From a virus (lineage: Duplodnaviria > Caudoviricetes): 39,717 nucleotides of DNA. This document shows positions 15,881-25,103 of this stretch, piece after piece; within the stretch, counting starts at the first letter, position 1; each line of letters begins with the position of its first letter. The stretch lies in the IMG/VR virus record IMGVR_UViG_3300032334_000676, positions 1 to 39,717 of that record; one strand, written 5' to 3'. The position numbers and the translations under genes are program-made. The notes under the pieces are model-generated. The model was given only the letters and a program-made list of their open reading frames with translations. It had not been told where the DNA came from and ran no database searches.

Positions 15881-15886
15881 GGGCGA

Positions 15887-16543
15887 GTGAACATCGAGCC
15901 TCACAAGGTTAGCGGAAAGGGTGGGAGGCCTGCTAGGTGGTCGATTGCAAAGGCTAGGCAGATATGTAACCAGATTAAGAGGGGGCTTCCGTTGCGGTAC
16001 GCTTCGCCCCTTTGTGGCGTTCCATACAATACTAGCAAGGAATGGGCGGGACTGCATCCAGAGTTCCCCCCAATGATGGAAGAGGCACACTCTTTTTTTG
16101 TCCGTAGCCAAGTTAGCAATATCGAGCGTCACGCCAAGATTTCGGAGAAGCCTAGTCAATGGCTATTAGAGAGAAGAGCAAAGGAGGAGTTTGCACCAGC
16201 TTATGTACCTAGTGGGCAAGGTTCAGGCGTACAAATTCTAGCTTTGGGTGATGATACAATCGGGAAACTAATGGGGGCTTGGGGTTCTCTCTTGGGTAAT
16301 CAATTACCTCCCCAACAATTACCCGACACCACCACCCCTTCTTCTCTAGTTCCCCTTAATTATACTGAAGGAGTGTCCCCGAAAGAGGAGGCCTCCGTCC
16401 CTGCTCCCGCCGTGGAGATTTCGGCGGAAGTTGTTAAGGATGTTAAACCTCAACGACTTGGGAGGCCTAGGAAATATCCCAAGCCGAACCCGCCAACCCC
16501 CGACACGCCCCCGCCCACCACCCCCCTCGCCCACCCACTCTAA
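15887..16543 (+). CDS. terS: Terminase small subunit-like protein
   Basis: GGRP N-terminal motif, HTH-like region, W...HPEF and QWLLERR motifs; directly upstream of terL. GTG 15887 is a likelier start than TTG 15851. Confidence 0.7.
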   Translation: MNIEPHKVSGKGGRPARWSIAKARQICNQIKRGLPLRYASPLCGVPYNTSKEWAGLHPEFPPMMEEAHSFFVRSQVSNIERHAKISEKPSQWLLERRAKEEFAPAYVPSGQGSGVQILALGDDTIGKLMGAWGSLLGNQLPPQQLPDTTTPSSLVPLNYTEGVSPKEEASVPAPAVEISAEVVKDVKPQRLGRPRKYPKPNPPTPDTPPPTTPLAHPL

Positions 16544-16591
16544 TTATATCCCCCTTCCAAAAAAAATTCAAAAAACTCGACCCCCCTCTAA

Positions 16592-17992
16592 ATGCCCATA
16601 ACCGATCCTTCGCAACTTCCGGCCAAGCTCACGCAGGAGCAACTGTTAGCAACCCCCCTAGGCTTTTCTAAGCTACTCGACATCGACCTCCACCCTTGGC
16701 AATCGAAAGTCTTTCTCGATGTTGGCCTAGGCAATCGGGTGGCTTTGAAGGCGGCTAACGGCTCAGGAAAGACATCTTGTTTGGCGGCTCCTCTAGTTCT
16801 TTGGTGGTGTACGGTCTATCCCAAGTCCCAAGTCGTAACTACAGCCGGAGTCTATCGGCAGGTGAAGGAGCAACTTTGGCAAAGGCTCGCCGGATGGAGG
16901 GATAAGCTCAAAGGCTGGACCCTCAACGCTACTGACCTAACTGCCCCAAACGGCTCTAAAGCGATAGGCTTTAGTACTGACGAGCCCAACCGATTTGAGG
17001 GTTGGCACAACGACAAGCTCCTTATGATCTTTGACGAGGCTAAAAGCATACCCACGGACATTTGGAGGGCGGCGGAACGATGTCAGCCTACCGCTTGGCT
17101 TGCTATGAGCAGTACCGGAGGCATGGACGGGGAGTTCGCGCAATGCTTCCTAGGGAAACGCAAGTATTGGAAGAACTACTCTGTATCGGCCTATGACTGC
17201 CCCCATATCAAGAAAGAGTGGATTGATATGCAGATTGAGCAACATGGACGGGACAACCCTTTTATTAGAAGCATGATCTTCTCTGAGTTCATGGGTGAGG
17301 ATGACGGGATCAGCCCCTTCACTTTCTCTAAGATTCATAACTGCCGATCTAACCCTCCCAAGAAGCAGGAGGGGGCTCCGGTGGCTTTTATTGATTGGGC
17401 AGGGGGCGGGGACGAAACGGTGATAGCCATAAGGCGCGGGAACGTGATTGAGCCCCTTATAGGGTGGAAGGACTCGGATACCATGAGAAGTGTAGGCAAA
17501 GCCATCGTAGAGCTAAAGAAGGCCAATCTAAAGCCTAACGATGTTTGGGCTGATGACGGGGGCCTAGGTAAGCCTATGAATGACCGGATGCGGGAACAGG
17601 GATGGGCTATTAAGAGGGTGAACTTTGGGGCTAGGGCCTACTCTGATAACTACGTCAATAGAAGCAGTGAAATCTGGTGGGAGACAGCTAGGCAGATCGA
17701 AAGGGCTGAAATCATCCTTCCTACCGACGAGCTACTGGATGCTCAGTTATGCTCCCGTAAGGCTAAGATAGCCTCCTCAGGGAAGTTGGGGTTGGAGTCC
17801 AAGGACGAGATGCGGAGGCGGGGGGTATGCTCGCCGGATCGGGGGGATGCCGTTTGTGGGGTTTGTTGCGTTAGAAGCGAAAATAATCTTGCGGTATTTG
17901 ATTCCGGCAATACGGGATCAGATCAATGGAGCGAGCTTCAGGAATACTCGGAAGGGGAACCTGCGTGTGCTGGCTTCGATATTGGAGGATGA
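16592..17992 (+). CDS. terL: Terminase large subunit
   Basis: HPWQ, Walker A AANGSGKT, Walker B IFDEA, nuclease FIDWAGGGDET and SPDRGDA. Confidence 0.93.
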   Translation: MPITDPSQLPAKLTQEQLLATPLGFSKLLDIDLHPWQSKVFLDVGLGNRVALKAANGSGKTSCLAAPLVLWWCTVYPKSQVVTTAGVYRQVKEQLWQRLAGWRDKLKGWTLNATDLTAPNGSKAIGFSTDEPNRFEGWHNDKLLMIFDEAKSIPTDIWRAAERCQPTAWLAMSSTGGMDGEFAQCFLGKRKYWKNYSVSAYDCPHIKKEWIDMQIEQHGRDNPFIRSMIFSEFMGEDDGISPFTFSKIHNCRSNPPKKQEGAPVAFIDWAGGGDETVIAIRRGNVIEPLIGWKDSDTMRSVGKAIVELKKANLKPNDVWADDGGLGKPMNDRMREQGWAIKRVNFGARAYSDNYVNRSSEIWWETARQIERAEIILPTDELLDAQLCSRKAKIASSGKLGLESKDEMRRRGVCSPDRGDAVCGVCCVRSENNLAVFDSGNTGSDQWSELQEYSEGEPACAGFDIGG

Positions 17993-17997
17993 AATAA

Positions 17998-18168
17998 ATG
18001 GAAGCATGGACTTGGATCACACAAAATTGGACGCAGATTGTGGCGGCTGTCGGCGGGATTGTTCTCGCAAGTCGTATTATTGTGAAGCTTACTCCAACTC
18101 CGGCAGACGACACCTTCCTCGAAAAAATTGTGAATTTCCTAAAAGGGCTTGGCCTAAAGATCGACTAA
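17998..18168 (+). CDS. Putative holin, 56 aa (not in ORF track)
   Basis: MEAWTWITQNWTQIVAAVGGIVLASRIIVKLTPTPADDTFLEKIVNFLKGLGLKID; SD GGAGG; TM segment followed by TPTPADD. Confidence 0.6.
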   Translation: MEAWTWITQNWTQIVAAVGGIVLASRIIVKLTPTPADDTFLEKIVNFLKGLGLKID

Positions 18169-18351
18169 GTGGGAATCCTAGCCGCCATCTTGCAGATTAT
18201 TACGAAGATCCTTGGTTTGTTCCCCAACCGAAGTGAGATCGAAGAATCTGCGAATCGTAATCAGTGGAAGCGTAATCGCGATGCCATTGATTCTGATCTC
18301 GGTGGCGATGCTTGGTGGGTGCGCGACAACTCAGCCAATCGCAAGAACTAA
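18169..18351 (+). CDS. Putative inner-membrane spanin (Rz-like)
   Basis: N-terminal hydrophobic segment followed by a charged helix; overlapped by a lipoprotein gene. Confidence 0.5.
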   Translation: MGILAAILQIITKILGLFPNRSEIEESANRNQWKRNRDAIDSDLGGDAWWVRDNSANRKN

Positions 18352-18484
18352 CGGGAACGTGGAAAGACTTATGAAGATGCCGGAATACAAGGAAGTCAGG
18401 GAGTCCTCTCCGCAAATCAAGCGGTGGGCTTCTGAGGCCTTGCATTCGGTGAACGATCTTGAATACGAGGCAAGAAGCAAATGA
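18281..18484 (+). CDS. Lipoprotein, putative outer-membrane spanin (Rz1-like)
   Basis: MPLILISVAMLGG-C lipobox; starts inside the Rz-like gene in another frame. Confidence 0.6.
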   Translation: MPLILISVAMLGGCATTQPIARTNGNVERLMKMPEYKEVRESSPQIKRWASEALHSVNDLEYEARSK

Positions 18485-20343
18485 TGGAACGTAACGATCT
18501 CTATAAAGCCCTGCTAGATGACTTGAAGGCTCGCACTGGATGGGAAGAGCGTCAGAGGATTTGGTATGAGATGCGTCATTCCGGACTCCGCCGGAAAAAG
18601 AAATTGCCTTGGCAGGCTGATCTTCATTATCCGTTGGCCGATTCAATCATTAACAAGCTAAAGCCTTTCTACTATCAGCAGGTTTTCTCAAATGAAGTGA
18701 TTGCTTCGTTTGTTCCATCCACTCCTCAGACGGATGGAATTACTCAGGGTATCTCCCGTTGGTTTGATTATTGTATCAAGCAACAGAGCAACTTCGAGAG
18801 TGAGATTCTGACTGCAATCGACCACACCCTTATGAGTGGGTTGAACCTATTAAAGATTTCTTGGGACGAGGATACGCAAGCTGTTCGGTTTGATTCCGTT
18901 GACCCCGTGTTCGCAATCGTTCCGCATTATACGAGAGACGTAAAGAATTGTGATCGTCTGTGCCATGTTATTCAACTCAGCCTGAACCAGTATAAAAGCA
19001 ACAAGCTATACAATCAGGACGAGGAATTGATCCGCAAGATCAAGGGCCGGACAGGTGAGGGAACTCGCCTATCAACGCTTGAGAATACCAAGTTCCGGCG
19101 TGAAGGAATCACGGTTGGGGCAGAGGAAGATCAAGTTATCGTTTGGGAGGTTTATGAGAGGGATGAAGAGGGCAAGATCCTTGTCCACACCTTCAGCCCA
19201 CTAGCTCCCGAGGATGACATCCGGCCTTCCTTTGAACTGCCCTACAAGCATGGTCAGATGCCCTTCGTTCCTTTCGTCATGGAGATTAAGGACAAGGGCG
19301 TTTATTCGAGTCGTGGGCTTTGCGAGATCGTGGCTCCTTTCGAAAGCTATATGTGCAAGCTGATGAACGAAAAGGCTGACGCGATGACACTCTATAATCG
19401 CCCCCTCTTCCGTTGCGAGCAGGACATCCCTAACTCCAACAATTTGAAGTTTGGTCCTGCGACAGTTCTTCCGGTTGGTGTTTCTCCGGTTGTTATGCCG
19501 CAACCTCCTATCAGCTTTGACCAAGAGATGATTAACCAACGGATGATTTCTGAGTACCTAACCTCTATGCCGGACTTCGGCATGGGGCAACAACAAGGGA
19601 TGAAGAATGCCCGTACTGCCACTGAGGTTTCTCAGATTGGGGCTTTGATGGGGCAATCGACTGATCTTCGGGCGAGGATCTTCAGGATCTCGCTGGGTTA
19701 TGTCTATCGGCAGGCCTACTCGGTTCTGTGTCAGTTCGGCAAAAAATCTCTTAACTACTATTTCAATCAAGCCTTTGGAACGATTCCTCCGGAAGCCTTG
19801 GAGGTTGAATACGCAATTCATCCCTCTGGTTCTGCTGATGGGATCAATAAGGCAGTTCAGTACCAGAAGGCCTTTAGCCGGATGCAACTCTTGTCGGGCA
19901 ATCCTTTCGTGGATCAGCCTTCCTTGGTTCGCTCGGTTCTCGAGATCGATGATCCGGCATTGGTGAACAAGCTACTCACCGATCCTAACCTCCGTGGGCA
20001 GGACGAGAAAGAGGAGCAGGCCAAGGAGAATCTTATTATGGAGAGTGGGTATCCTGTGGCTGTTAAGCCTCAGGACGATCATAAAGCCCATATCGAAGTT
20101 CTTCTAGGGAGGATTCAGCTACTCACTCAACAGGGCGGGGGATCTCAACAGTCTCAGCAGTTGTATGGGCAACACCTAGAAGGACATCTTCAGGGGCTTG
20201 GAAGGACCGATAAGAATGCCGAAAGGCAGATCCGTGGTATGCTCCGCAAACAGGCTCAGGCTATGCAGAGTCAAATGGAGGCTCAGGCCCAACCCCAGCA
20301 GGGTGTCACCTCAACTCAGACAATGCCGCAAGGCGGAGTGTAA
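18481..20343 (+). CDS. Portal protein
   Basis: 620 aa after terL; ARTATEVSQ motif; Gln-rich C-terminus as in P22/T7-like portals. Confidence 0.85.
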   Translation: MMERNDLYKALLDDLKARTGWEERQRIWYEMRHSGLRRKKKLPWQADLHYPLADSIINKLKPFYYQQVFSNEVIASFVPSTPQTDGITQGISRWFDYCIKQQSNFESEILTAIDHTLMSGLNLLKISWDEDTQAVRFDSVDPVFAIVPHYTRDVKNCDRLCHVIQLSLNQYKSNKLYNQDEELIRKIKGRTGEGTRLSTLENTKFRREGITVGAEEDQVIVWEVYERDEEGKILVHTFSPLAPEDDIRPSFELPYKHGQMPFVPFVMEIKDKGVYSSRGLCEIVAPFESYMCKLMNEKADAMTLYNRPLFRCEQDIPNSNNLKFGPATVLPVGVSPVVMPQPPISFDQEMINQRMISEYLTSMPDFGMGQQQGMKNARTATEVSQIGALMGQSTDLRARIFRISLGYVYRQAYSVLCQFGKKSLNYYFNQAFGTIPPEALEVEYAIHPSGSADGINKAVQYQKAFSRMQLLSGNPFVDQPSLVRSVLEIDDPALVNKLLTDPNLRGQDEKEEQAKENLIMESGYPVAVKPQDDHKAHIEVLLGRIQLLTQQGGGSQQSQQLYGQHLEGHLQGLGRTDKNAERQIRGMLRKQAQAMQSQMEAQAQPQQGVTSTQTMPQGGV

Positions 20344-20359
20344 TAAGGCTATATAATAT

Positions 20360-20689
20360 ATGTTGCATAAACTCAAGATTGTCTTACGCCTCTGGAAAGA
20401 ACTTGGTGAGGCATCGGTCAACTGGAAACAGGAGGACACTACCGCAACCAAGTTGTTCTTTGAATCTGCTTCCGGCAATCGGTTCATCACCTGTCTGCGA
20501 AATGCGGCCACTCGTAAGGATATTAGCGCAGTTTTCAAAGGCGGCGGATTGTTTGAATCCGGAAAAGCAGTGGGTTTTCGGGAAGCACTGGTCTTTATCG
20601 AATGGCTAGCTTCTTCGGAAATTGAAGATTTTAACGAGGACTCGGAGCCTGAGGCTGTCTCTGATCTCCTCGAAAAACTACGGCCTTAA
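20360..20689 (+). CDS. Hypothetical protein (portal-scaffold interval)
   Basis: Position; FFESASGNRF pattern. Confidence 0.65.
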   Translation: MLHKLKIVLRLWKELGEASVNWKQEDTTATKLFFESASGNRFITCLRNAATRKDISAVFKGGGLFESGKAVGFREALVFIEWLASSEIEDFNEDSEPEAVSDLLEKLRP

Positions 20690-20717
20690 ACTAAACGGGA
20701 AGGATACCTGACAAACC

Positions 20718-21731
20718 ATGATAAACGAGGAGAGCAACATCGGAGTCGAGCAGGCTGTGGAGCCTGTGGATTCCCTCAAGGCAGAATCGGTAAGCGAGGA
20801 AATGATTCGGGAGCTTGCTTCGCAAGCTGACGGAGTTCCTTACAAGCCGAAAGCGCAATCGCCTGTCGTCGCGAAACAGGACCAAGAGGCCTCGGAAAAA
20901 CCAGAAACAAACGAGGAAGCTAAAGATTCGTTAGAATCGGCTGACTCAAAAGAAACAAAAGAAGATTCAAAGGTTGTATCGGATGATACAACTAAGTCTC
21001 TCAACGCCTCCGAGTCCTCGAGCGACAAGCCCGAGATCAAGGATGTTAAGCGGGTAAAGGAAGAGGCTCGATTGGCTGAAAGCTGGAAAAAGCTGGAAGC
21101 TGAGAAAGCCCAAGTTCGAGCAATTCAAGCAGAGTTCCAAAGGAAGATCGAAGAAGCTGAGAAAGCCTCCGATCCGACAAGTCCGGCCAAGCCGGAGGAA
21201 CTTCGCAAGTTTGCCCGTGAGTGGGAGGATGAGGGTAAGGATGATCTTGCGAAAGCCGCTCGAGTTCAGGCTGACAAGCTGGAACAGAAGATCCGCATGG
21301 ATGCGGAACGTGGTGAACGCAAGATCAAGGATTTCAATGATACATGGAGCGCAAGCGTGAACCGCATGATCTCTGAAAATCCTGAACTGAAAGACGAGTC
21401 ATCGGATCTTGGGAAGAGAGTTATTTCTATTCTCAAGAGCGAAGATGAGTCATTGCGAAACCTTATCAATTCCACGCCTAACGGGTTCGTATATGCCACT
21501 CAGATTGCGAAGATGCAAAAAGCGGCAGAGGCTTCGGAAGCGTTGAGGACTGAAATTGAATCTTTAAGAAAAGAAAATGGGGAACTTCGGAAAAAGACCT
21601 CGCTATCTGTTAGTGGGAATCAAAAGCCTGCCAAACGGAAATCCTTCGATGAGATGGATTCCCGTCAGCAGGAAGCGTTCTTACGCAGTATGGCCGTGGA
21701 TTCTGATTCTGGTGTCCTCGTAGGAGATTAA
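20718..21731 (+). CDS. Capsid scaffolding protein
   Basis: Acidic, coiled-coil; immediately upstream of the major capsid gene. Confidence 0.75.
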   Translation: MINEESNIGVEQAVEPVDSLKAESVSEEMIRELASQADGVPYKPKAQSPVVAKQDQEASEKPETNEEAKDSLESADSKETKEDSKVVSDDTTKSLNASESSSDKPEIKDVKRVKEEARLAESWKKLEAEKAQVRAIQAEFQRKIEEAEKASDPTSPAKPEELRKFAREWEDEGKDDLAKAARVQADKLEQKIRMDAERGERKIKDFNDTWSASVNRMISENPELKDESSDLGKRVISILKSEDESLRNLINSTPNGFVYATQIAKMQKAAEASEALRTEIESLRKENGELRKKTSLSVSGNQKPAKRKSFDEMDSRQQEAFLRSMAVDSDSGVLVGD

Positions 21732-21736
21732 AAATC

Positions 21737-22735
21737 ATGGCTACAATGACTCGTGGCAACCCTGCCTCACTCGGAAACGCTTTGCAAGCGTTCATGAGCA
21801 AGCAGTTGGTTGATCGTATTAAAGAAACACTTAAACTAAATGACTACGCACAGCAGGTTGATCTGCCGAAGAATATCGGAAGTGCTACCGTAAAATTCTT
21901 CCAGTATGATACAACTCCCGCTTCCTCAAACGTCCAGACATTAACCGAAGGAACGCCTATTAGTACCTTCCGTGAAGTCGGATTGAATAGCGTAACTGTC
22001 GGTCTGACACAATATGGTGAAGCAGTCAAAATCAGCGACCAGCTTTCCATGTTGAGCCTCTTTGACGTTCTCAAAGAAGCGGTTGCGGCAATGGGCGAGG
22101 AAGCGGCCCTCAAAGCCGACGATTTGTCGAGAGACCAGTTAGTTACTGGAACTGACGTTGGTGGCAATTCCACTGCGGTCCGTTTCGGACAAGGCATTGC
22201 GTCCTTCGCGACCCTCAACTCCACTGCGGCGGCTTCCGCCTTCTTGGATGCAGAGGACCTGATGGATGCGGTTACTGCGCTGAAAGCCAGCAAAGCTAAC
22301 CCTTTGAACGGTCAATATACTGCGCTCGTTCCGCCTCAGATCAGTCGGGACTTGTTCCGTGACACGGACTTCCTGAACACGGTCTATCGCAATGTTGAAA
22401 ACAAGGTTGGTTCGCTCCCCGCCGGAACCCTCGGTTCCTTCTACGGTGTGCGTATTGCCGAACATACCAACCCCTTCATCGAAGGCACGACCTCCGGAAC
22501 GTATAACTCTGCTGGATCTATTTACAGCACTGTTGTACTCGGCGCGAATGCGTTTGGTGTGGTGAAAATCGCTGGGGATTCCCCCTTCAGCCCCCGCATC
22601 ATCCTGAACAATCAGGCTGATAAAGCGGATCCGCTGAATCAGACAACCGTTGCAGGCTGGAAGTCATTCTATGCCGCTAAGTTGCTGAATGCTAAACGTG
22701 CCGTGGTCATCAAGGCCAAGTCACGCTTCGCCTAA
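21737..22735 (+). CDS. Major capsid protein (N4-gp56-like)
   Basis: LPKNIG..VKF, LTEGTP, QYG....ISD, G...GVR and DPLNQ....GWK motifs. Confidence 0.9.
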   Translation: MATMTRGNPASLGNALQAFMSKQLVDRIKETLKLNDYAQQVDLPKNIGSATVKFFQYDTTPASSNVQTLTEGTPISTFREVGLNSVTVGLTQYGEAVKISDQLSMLSLFDVLKEAVAAMGEEAALKADDLSRDQLVTGTDVGGNSTAVRFGQGIASFATLNSTAAASAFLDAEDLMDAVTALKASKANPLNGQYTALVPPQISRDLFRDTDFLNTVYRNVENKVGSLPAGTLGSFYGVRIAEHTNPFIEGTTSGTYNSAGSIYSTVVLGANAFGVVKIAGDSPFSPRIILNNQADKADPLNQTTVAGWKSFYAAKLLNAKRAVVIKAKSRFA

Positions 22736-22740
22736 GTTAT

Positions 22741-23073
22741 ATGGACAAAGGACTGCTTATTTTAGCTAGTCCCGAGGCAAAGGGGAGCCGCTCAGTAATG
22801 GGCGGCTCCTCCAAGCCCGAATCTGAAGGCTCCGATTATTCTTCGGAGAAAGAGGGTTTGGGTATGTCCTTGGACGTACCTTCCGAAAAGCTCCCCGATG
22901 GAACCCAAGAGGGTGATTATGTCGCTCTAAAAGGCAAAGTCTCGAAGCTGGACGATAAGGGCGCAACCATTGAAATCTTTGAAGCCAACTTAACTCCCAA
23001 TGAGGGGGAAGAGGAAAAGAGCGAGGAAGATATTCGCTCAATGGCTGAAGAAGCAGACGCAGGCAACGCCTGA
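22741..23073 (+). CDS. Acidic hypothetical protein
   Basis: ORF directly after the capsid gene. Confidence 0.65.
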   Translation: MDKGLLILASPEAKGSRSVMGGSSKPESEGSDYSSEKEGLGMSLDVPSEKLPDGTQEGDYVALKGKVSKLDDKGATIEIFEANLTPNEGEEEKSEEDIRSMAEEADAGNA

Positions 23074-23079
23074 TTTGAT

Positions 23080-23328
23080 ATGCCCATCTACTTGTATGAA
23101 AACAAAGATGGGCAAATCGTTCAGGAGATTGTCTCTGTCGAAGATAGGGATAAACGGAAGGGGCTCAAACGAGTCCCTTCCGCCCCCTATATCCATCGTA
23201 GCGTTCCCGATCCTAGTTCTTCGTCAGAGGGCGCACGAAGGTTTTATCGAGAGTTTGAAGAAAAGGGAAAACTCAAGAACCGGAAGTATTCCAAAAGCCG
23301 GATTAAAAAGATTTGGGATTGGAGTTAA
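23080..23328 (+). CDS. FmdB-like protein lacking Zn cysteines
   Basis: MPIYLYE...LKRVPSAP resembles the FmdB ribbon, but no CxxC is present. Confidence 0.5.
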   Translation: MPIYLYENKDGQIVQEIVSVEDRDKRKGLKRVPSAPYIHRSVPDPSSSSEGARRFYREFEEKGKLKNRKYSKSRIKKIWDWS

Positions 23329-23334
23329 ACAAAT

Positions 23335-23595
23335 ATGAGTTCAATTAAAGAATTATGTAAAGATACGAGGCAAGGCGGAACGAACGGAGCCACTTACGAG
23401 AATAGCACTACTGCCATCACCGGAAACTTTGGGGCTATCACTGCTCTTGAGAATAGCGTGTTTGCTTTGCTCACAGCATCGAATTGGGATGGTGATGCAA
23501 CTACATCGCTACCTCTTCCGGCGGGAGCAACCATCTACGGGAAGTTCACTGCCTTTACTCTTACGAGCGGAAAAGTAGTCGCATACAAGGCCTAA
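23335..23595 (+). CDS. Small virion structural protein (putative)
   Basis: Beta-rich; LPAGATIYGKFTAFTLTSGKVVAY pattern. Confidence 0.65.
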   Translation: MSSIKELCKDTRQGGTNGATYENSTTAITGNFGAITALENSVFALLTASNWDGDATTSLPLPAGATIYGKFTAFTLTSGKVVAYKA

Positions 23596-23599
23596 TCAA

Positions 23600-24196
23600 A
23601 TGCCTAGCGTAAAAGAACTCTACAAGAAGCTGTCGGAGGTCAGTATAGATGCTGACACCATCAATCTTAATACTGATACGCTAGAGTCGCTTGTATCTAC
23701 TGCTCAGGCCGATATTGCAGAAATTAAGGACAAGGGAATCCTGAATGATGGAGTTGTAGAGACTGACGTAACTGGTGGGTATCTTGCAGGGCTTAAGGAT
23801 GGAAGTGGGGCTATATTTGGAGCAGACAGAACATTCCCAGTTGAAGTCGCTAATACTGTTCCAGTAAGCGGAACATTCTGGCAGGAAACACAACCTGTAA
23901 GCGGAAGTGTAAGCGTACTTTCTGGTCAAGGGTCAACAGTAACTCTTTCGTCATTTACTAGCACGACAGCATCAACAAGTCTTGTTTCAGCAAGCTCAAA
24001 TAGAAAAGTCATAACAGTCTATAATGAGGGTTCTGGGGTGCTGAATATATCGGCAGGTTCGACTTGCACAACAACATCATACCAAGTGCGCCTAGCCTCA
24101 GGTGACTATTGGGAATGTCCATCTGAACAAACTTCGCTTGCCCATACTGCTGTATTTGTAACCGCAGGAACGGCAAGAGTTACAACAATTATTTAG
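23600..24196 (+). CDS. Virion structural/fibre protein (putative)
   Basis: S/T/V-rich; VPVSGTFWQETQPVSGSV fibre-like repeat. Confidence 0.65.
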   Translation: MPSVKELYKKLSEVSIDADTINLNTDTLESLVSTAQADIAEIKDKGILNDGVVETDVTGGYLAGLKDGSGAIFGADRTFPVEVANTVPVSGTFWQETQPVSGSVSVLSGQGSTVTLSSFTSTTASTSLVSASSNRKVITVYNEGSGVLNISAGSTCTTTSYQVRLASGDYWECPSEQTSLAHTAVFVTAGTARVTTII

Positions 24197-24204
24197 GAAT
24201 AGTC

Positions 24205-24981
24205 ATGCCGCTCACTAAGGCTATTAGCACGATAGATCAGCAGCTTTTATCTGTTGGAAGAACTAGAACTGGAAGAGTTGGATTCGGGGGAGCATATACA
24301 AGAACAAGCGGAACAGGGGCAACCGCCAGCGCATCTTTTGGCAGTGGTTCATATTCCATAAATTTGGCCGCTGGTACTGCTGCCGCTAGCCACGGAAAAA
24401 CTGGTTGGTATGACCCGCTTGAAACATTTATTCAAGGCGGTGCATCAACGATTGATTACTCAAAAAGGATTCGCTTTGCAATTAGTGGCGTGATGTATAT
24501 GGCATCAACCAATTCAAAAATAAGAATTGTTTTTAGCGGAACTGGAAACGCAACAGACGCTCCTTTTGCAAATCAAAATGGACTGACTGTAAAAGGATTT
24601 GGCGTCGAGTTTGCGCTTCAATCTTCAATTATTCAGGGACGTCTGATCGGGTTCAATTCCGCATATCTTACACCAACATCCTATACAACTTTGACGAATG
24701 GCTTTGGAGCCAGTGCATCGGATAATAGATTTTTTTCCTGCATGATTGAATCAGATGGGGCTGGGAACATAAATCTCTACGCAGGCAATTCATCAACTGT
24801 CCCTAATGTAGCCATAAGCCCAACGCCGCTACTAACTCTGACTGGCGGCCCAGTGAACGCCACTAGCTCAAATCGATTTGGCCCAGAAATCCAATGTGTG
24901 AATGATTCGACAGCTGCACCCACATCTTCGAGAGCCGCGGAGCTACAATCTTTTGGATCATGGCTACTGGACGTACAATAA
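24205..24981 (+). CDS. Putative receptor-binding/lectin-like virion protein
   Basis: G/S/T-rich beta-type sequence in the structural region. Confidence 0.55.
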   Translation: MPLTKAISTIDQQLLSVGRTRTGRVGFGGAYTRTSGTGATASASFGSGSYSINLAAGTAAASHGKTGWYDPLETFIQGGASTIDYSKRIRFAISGVMYMASTNSKIRIVFSGTGNATDAPFANQNGLTVKGFGVEFALQSSIIQGRLIGFNSAYLTPTSYTTLTNGFGASASDNRFFSCMIESDGAGNINLYAGNSSTVPNVAISPTPLLTLTGGPVNATSSNRFGPEIQCVNDSTAAPTSSRAAELQSFGSWLLDVQ

Positions 24982-25103
24982 TGCCCATCCTCCTCGTCAC
25001 TTTCTTACTATGCTCTTGTTCCCCAAAGCCAACTGAGAGTGACACAGAGCTACCCAGATATTCTGATATGTCGGCGGCTCACGATGCAATGAACGCAAAA
25101 TGA
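24981..25103 (+). CDS. 40-aa lipoprotein (not in ORF track)
   Basis: MPILLVTFLLCS-C lipobox; coupled at both ends (TAATG, ATGA). Confidence 0.55.
   Translation: MPILLVTFLLCSCSPKPTESDTELPRYSDMSAAHDAMNAK

Noticed and set aside
16321-16505. Extra CCCGACA copies in terS as integrase arm sites
   Set aside because: Single, unpaired and inside a C-rich coding tract where chance matches are likely.
21844-22465. Antisense ORFs over the capsid gene and similar shadow ORFs over portal, fibre and ejection genes
   Set aside because: Explained by codon bias on the sense strand; no translation signals.
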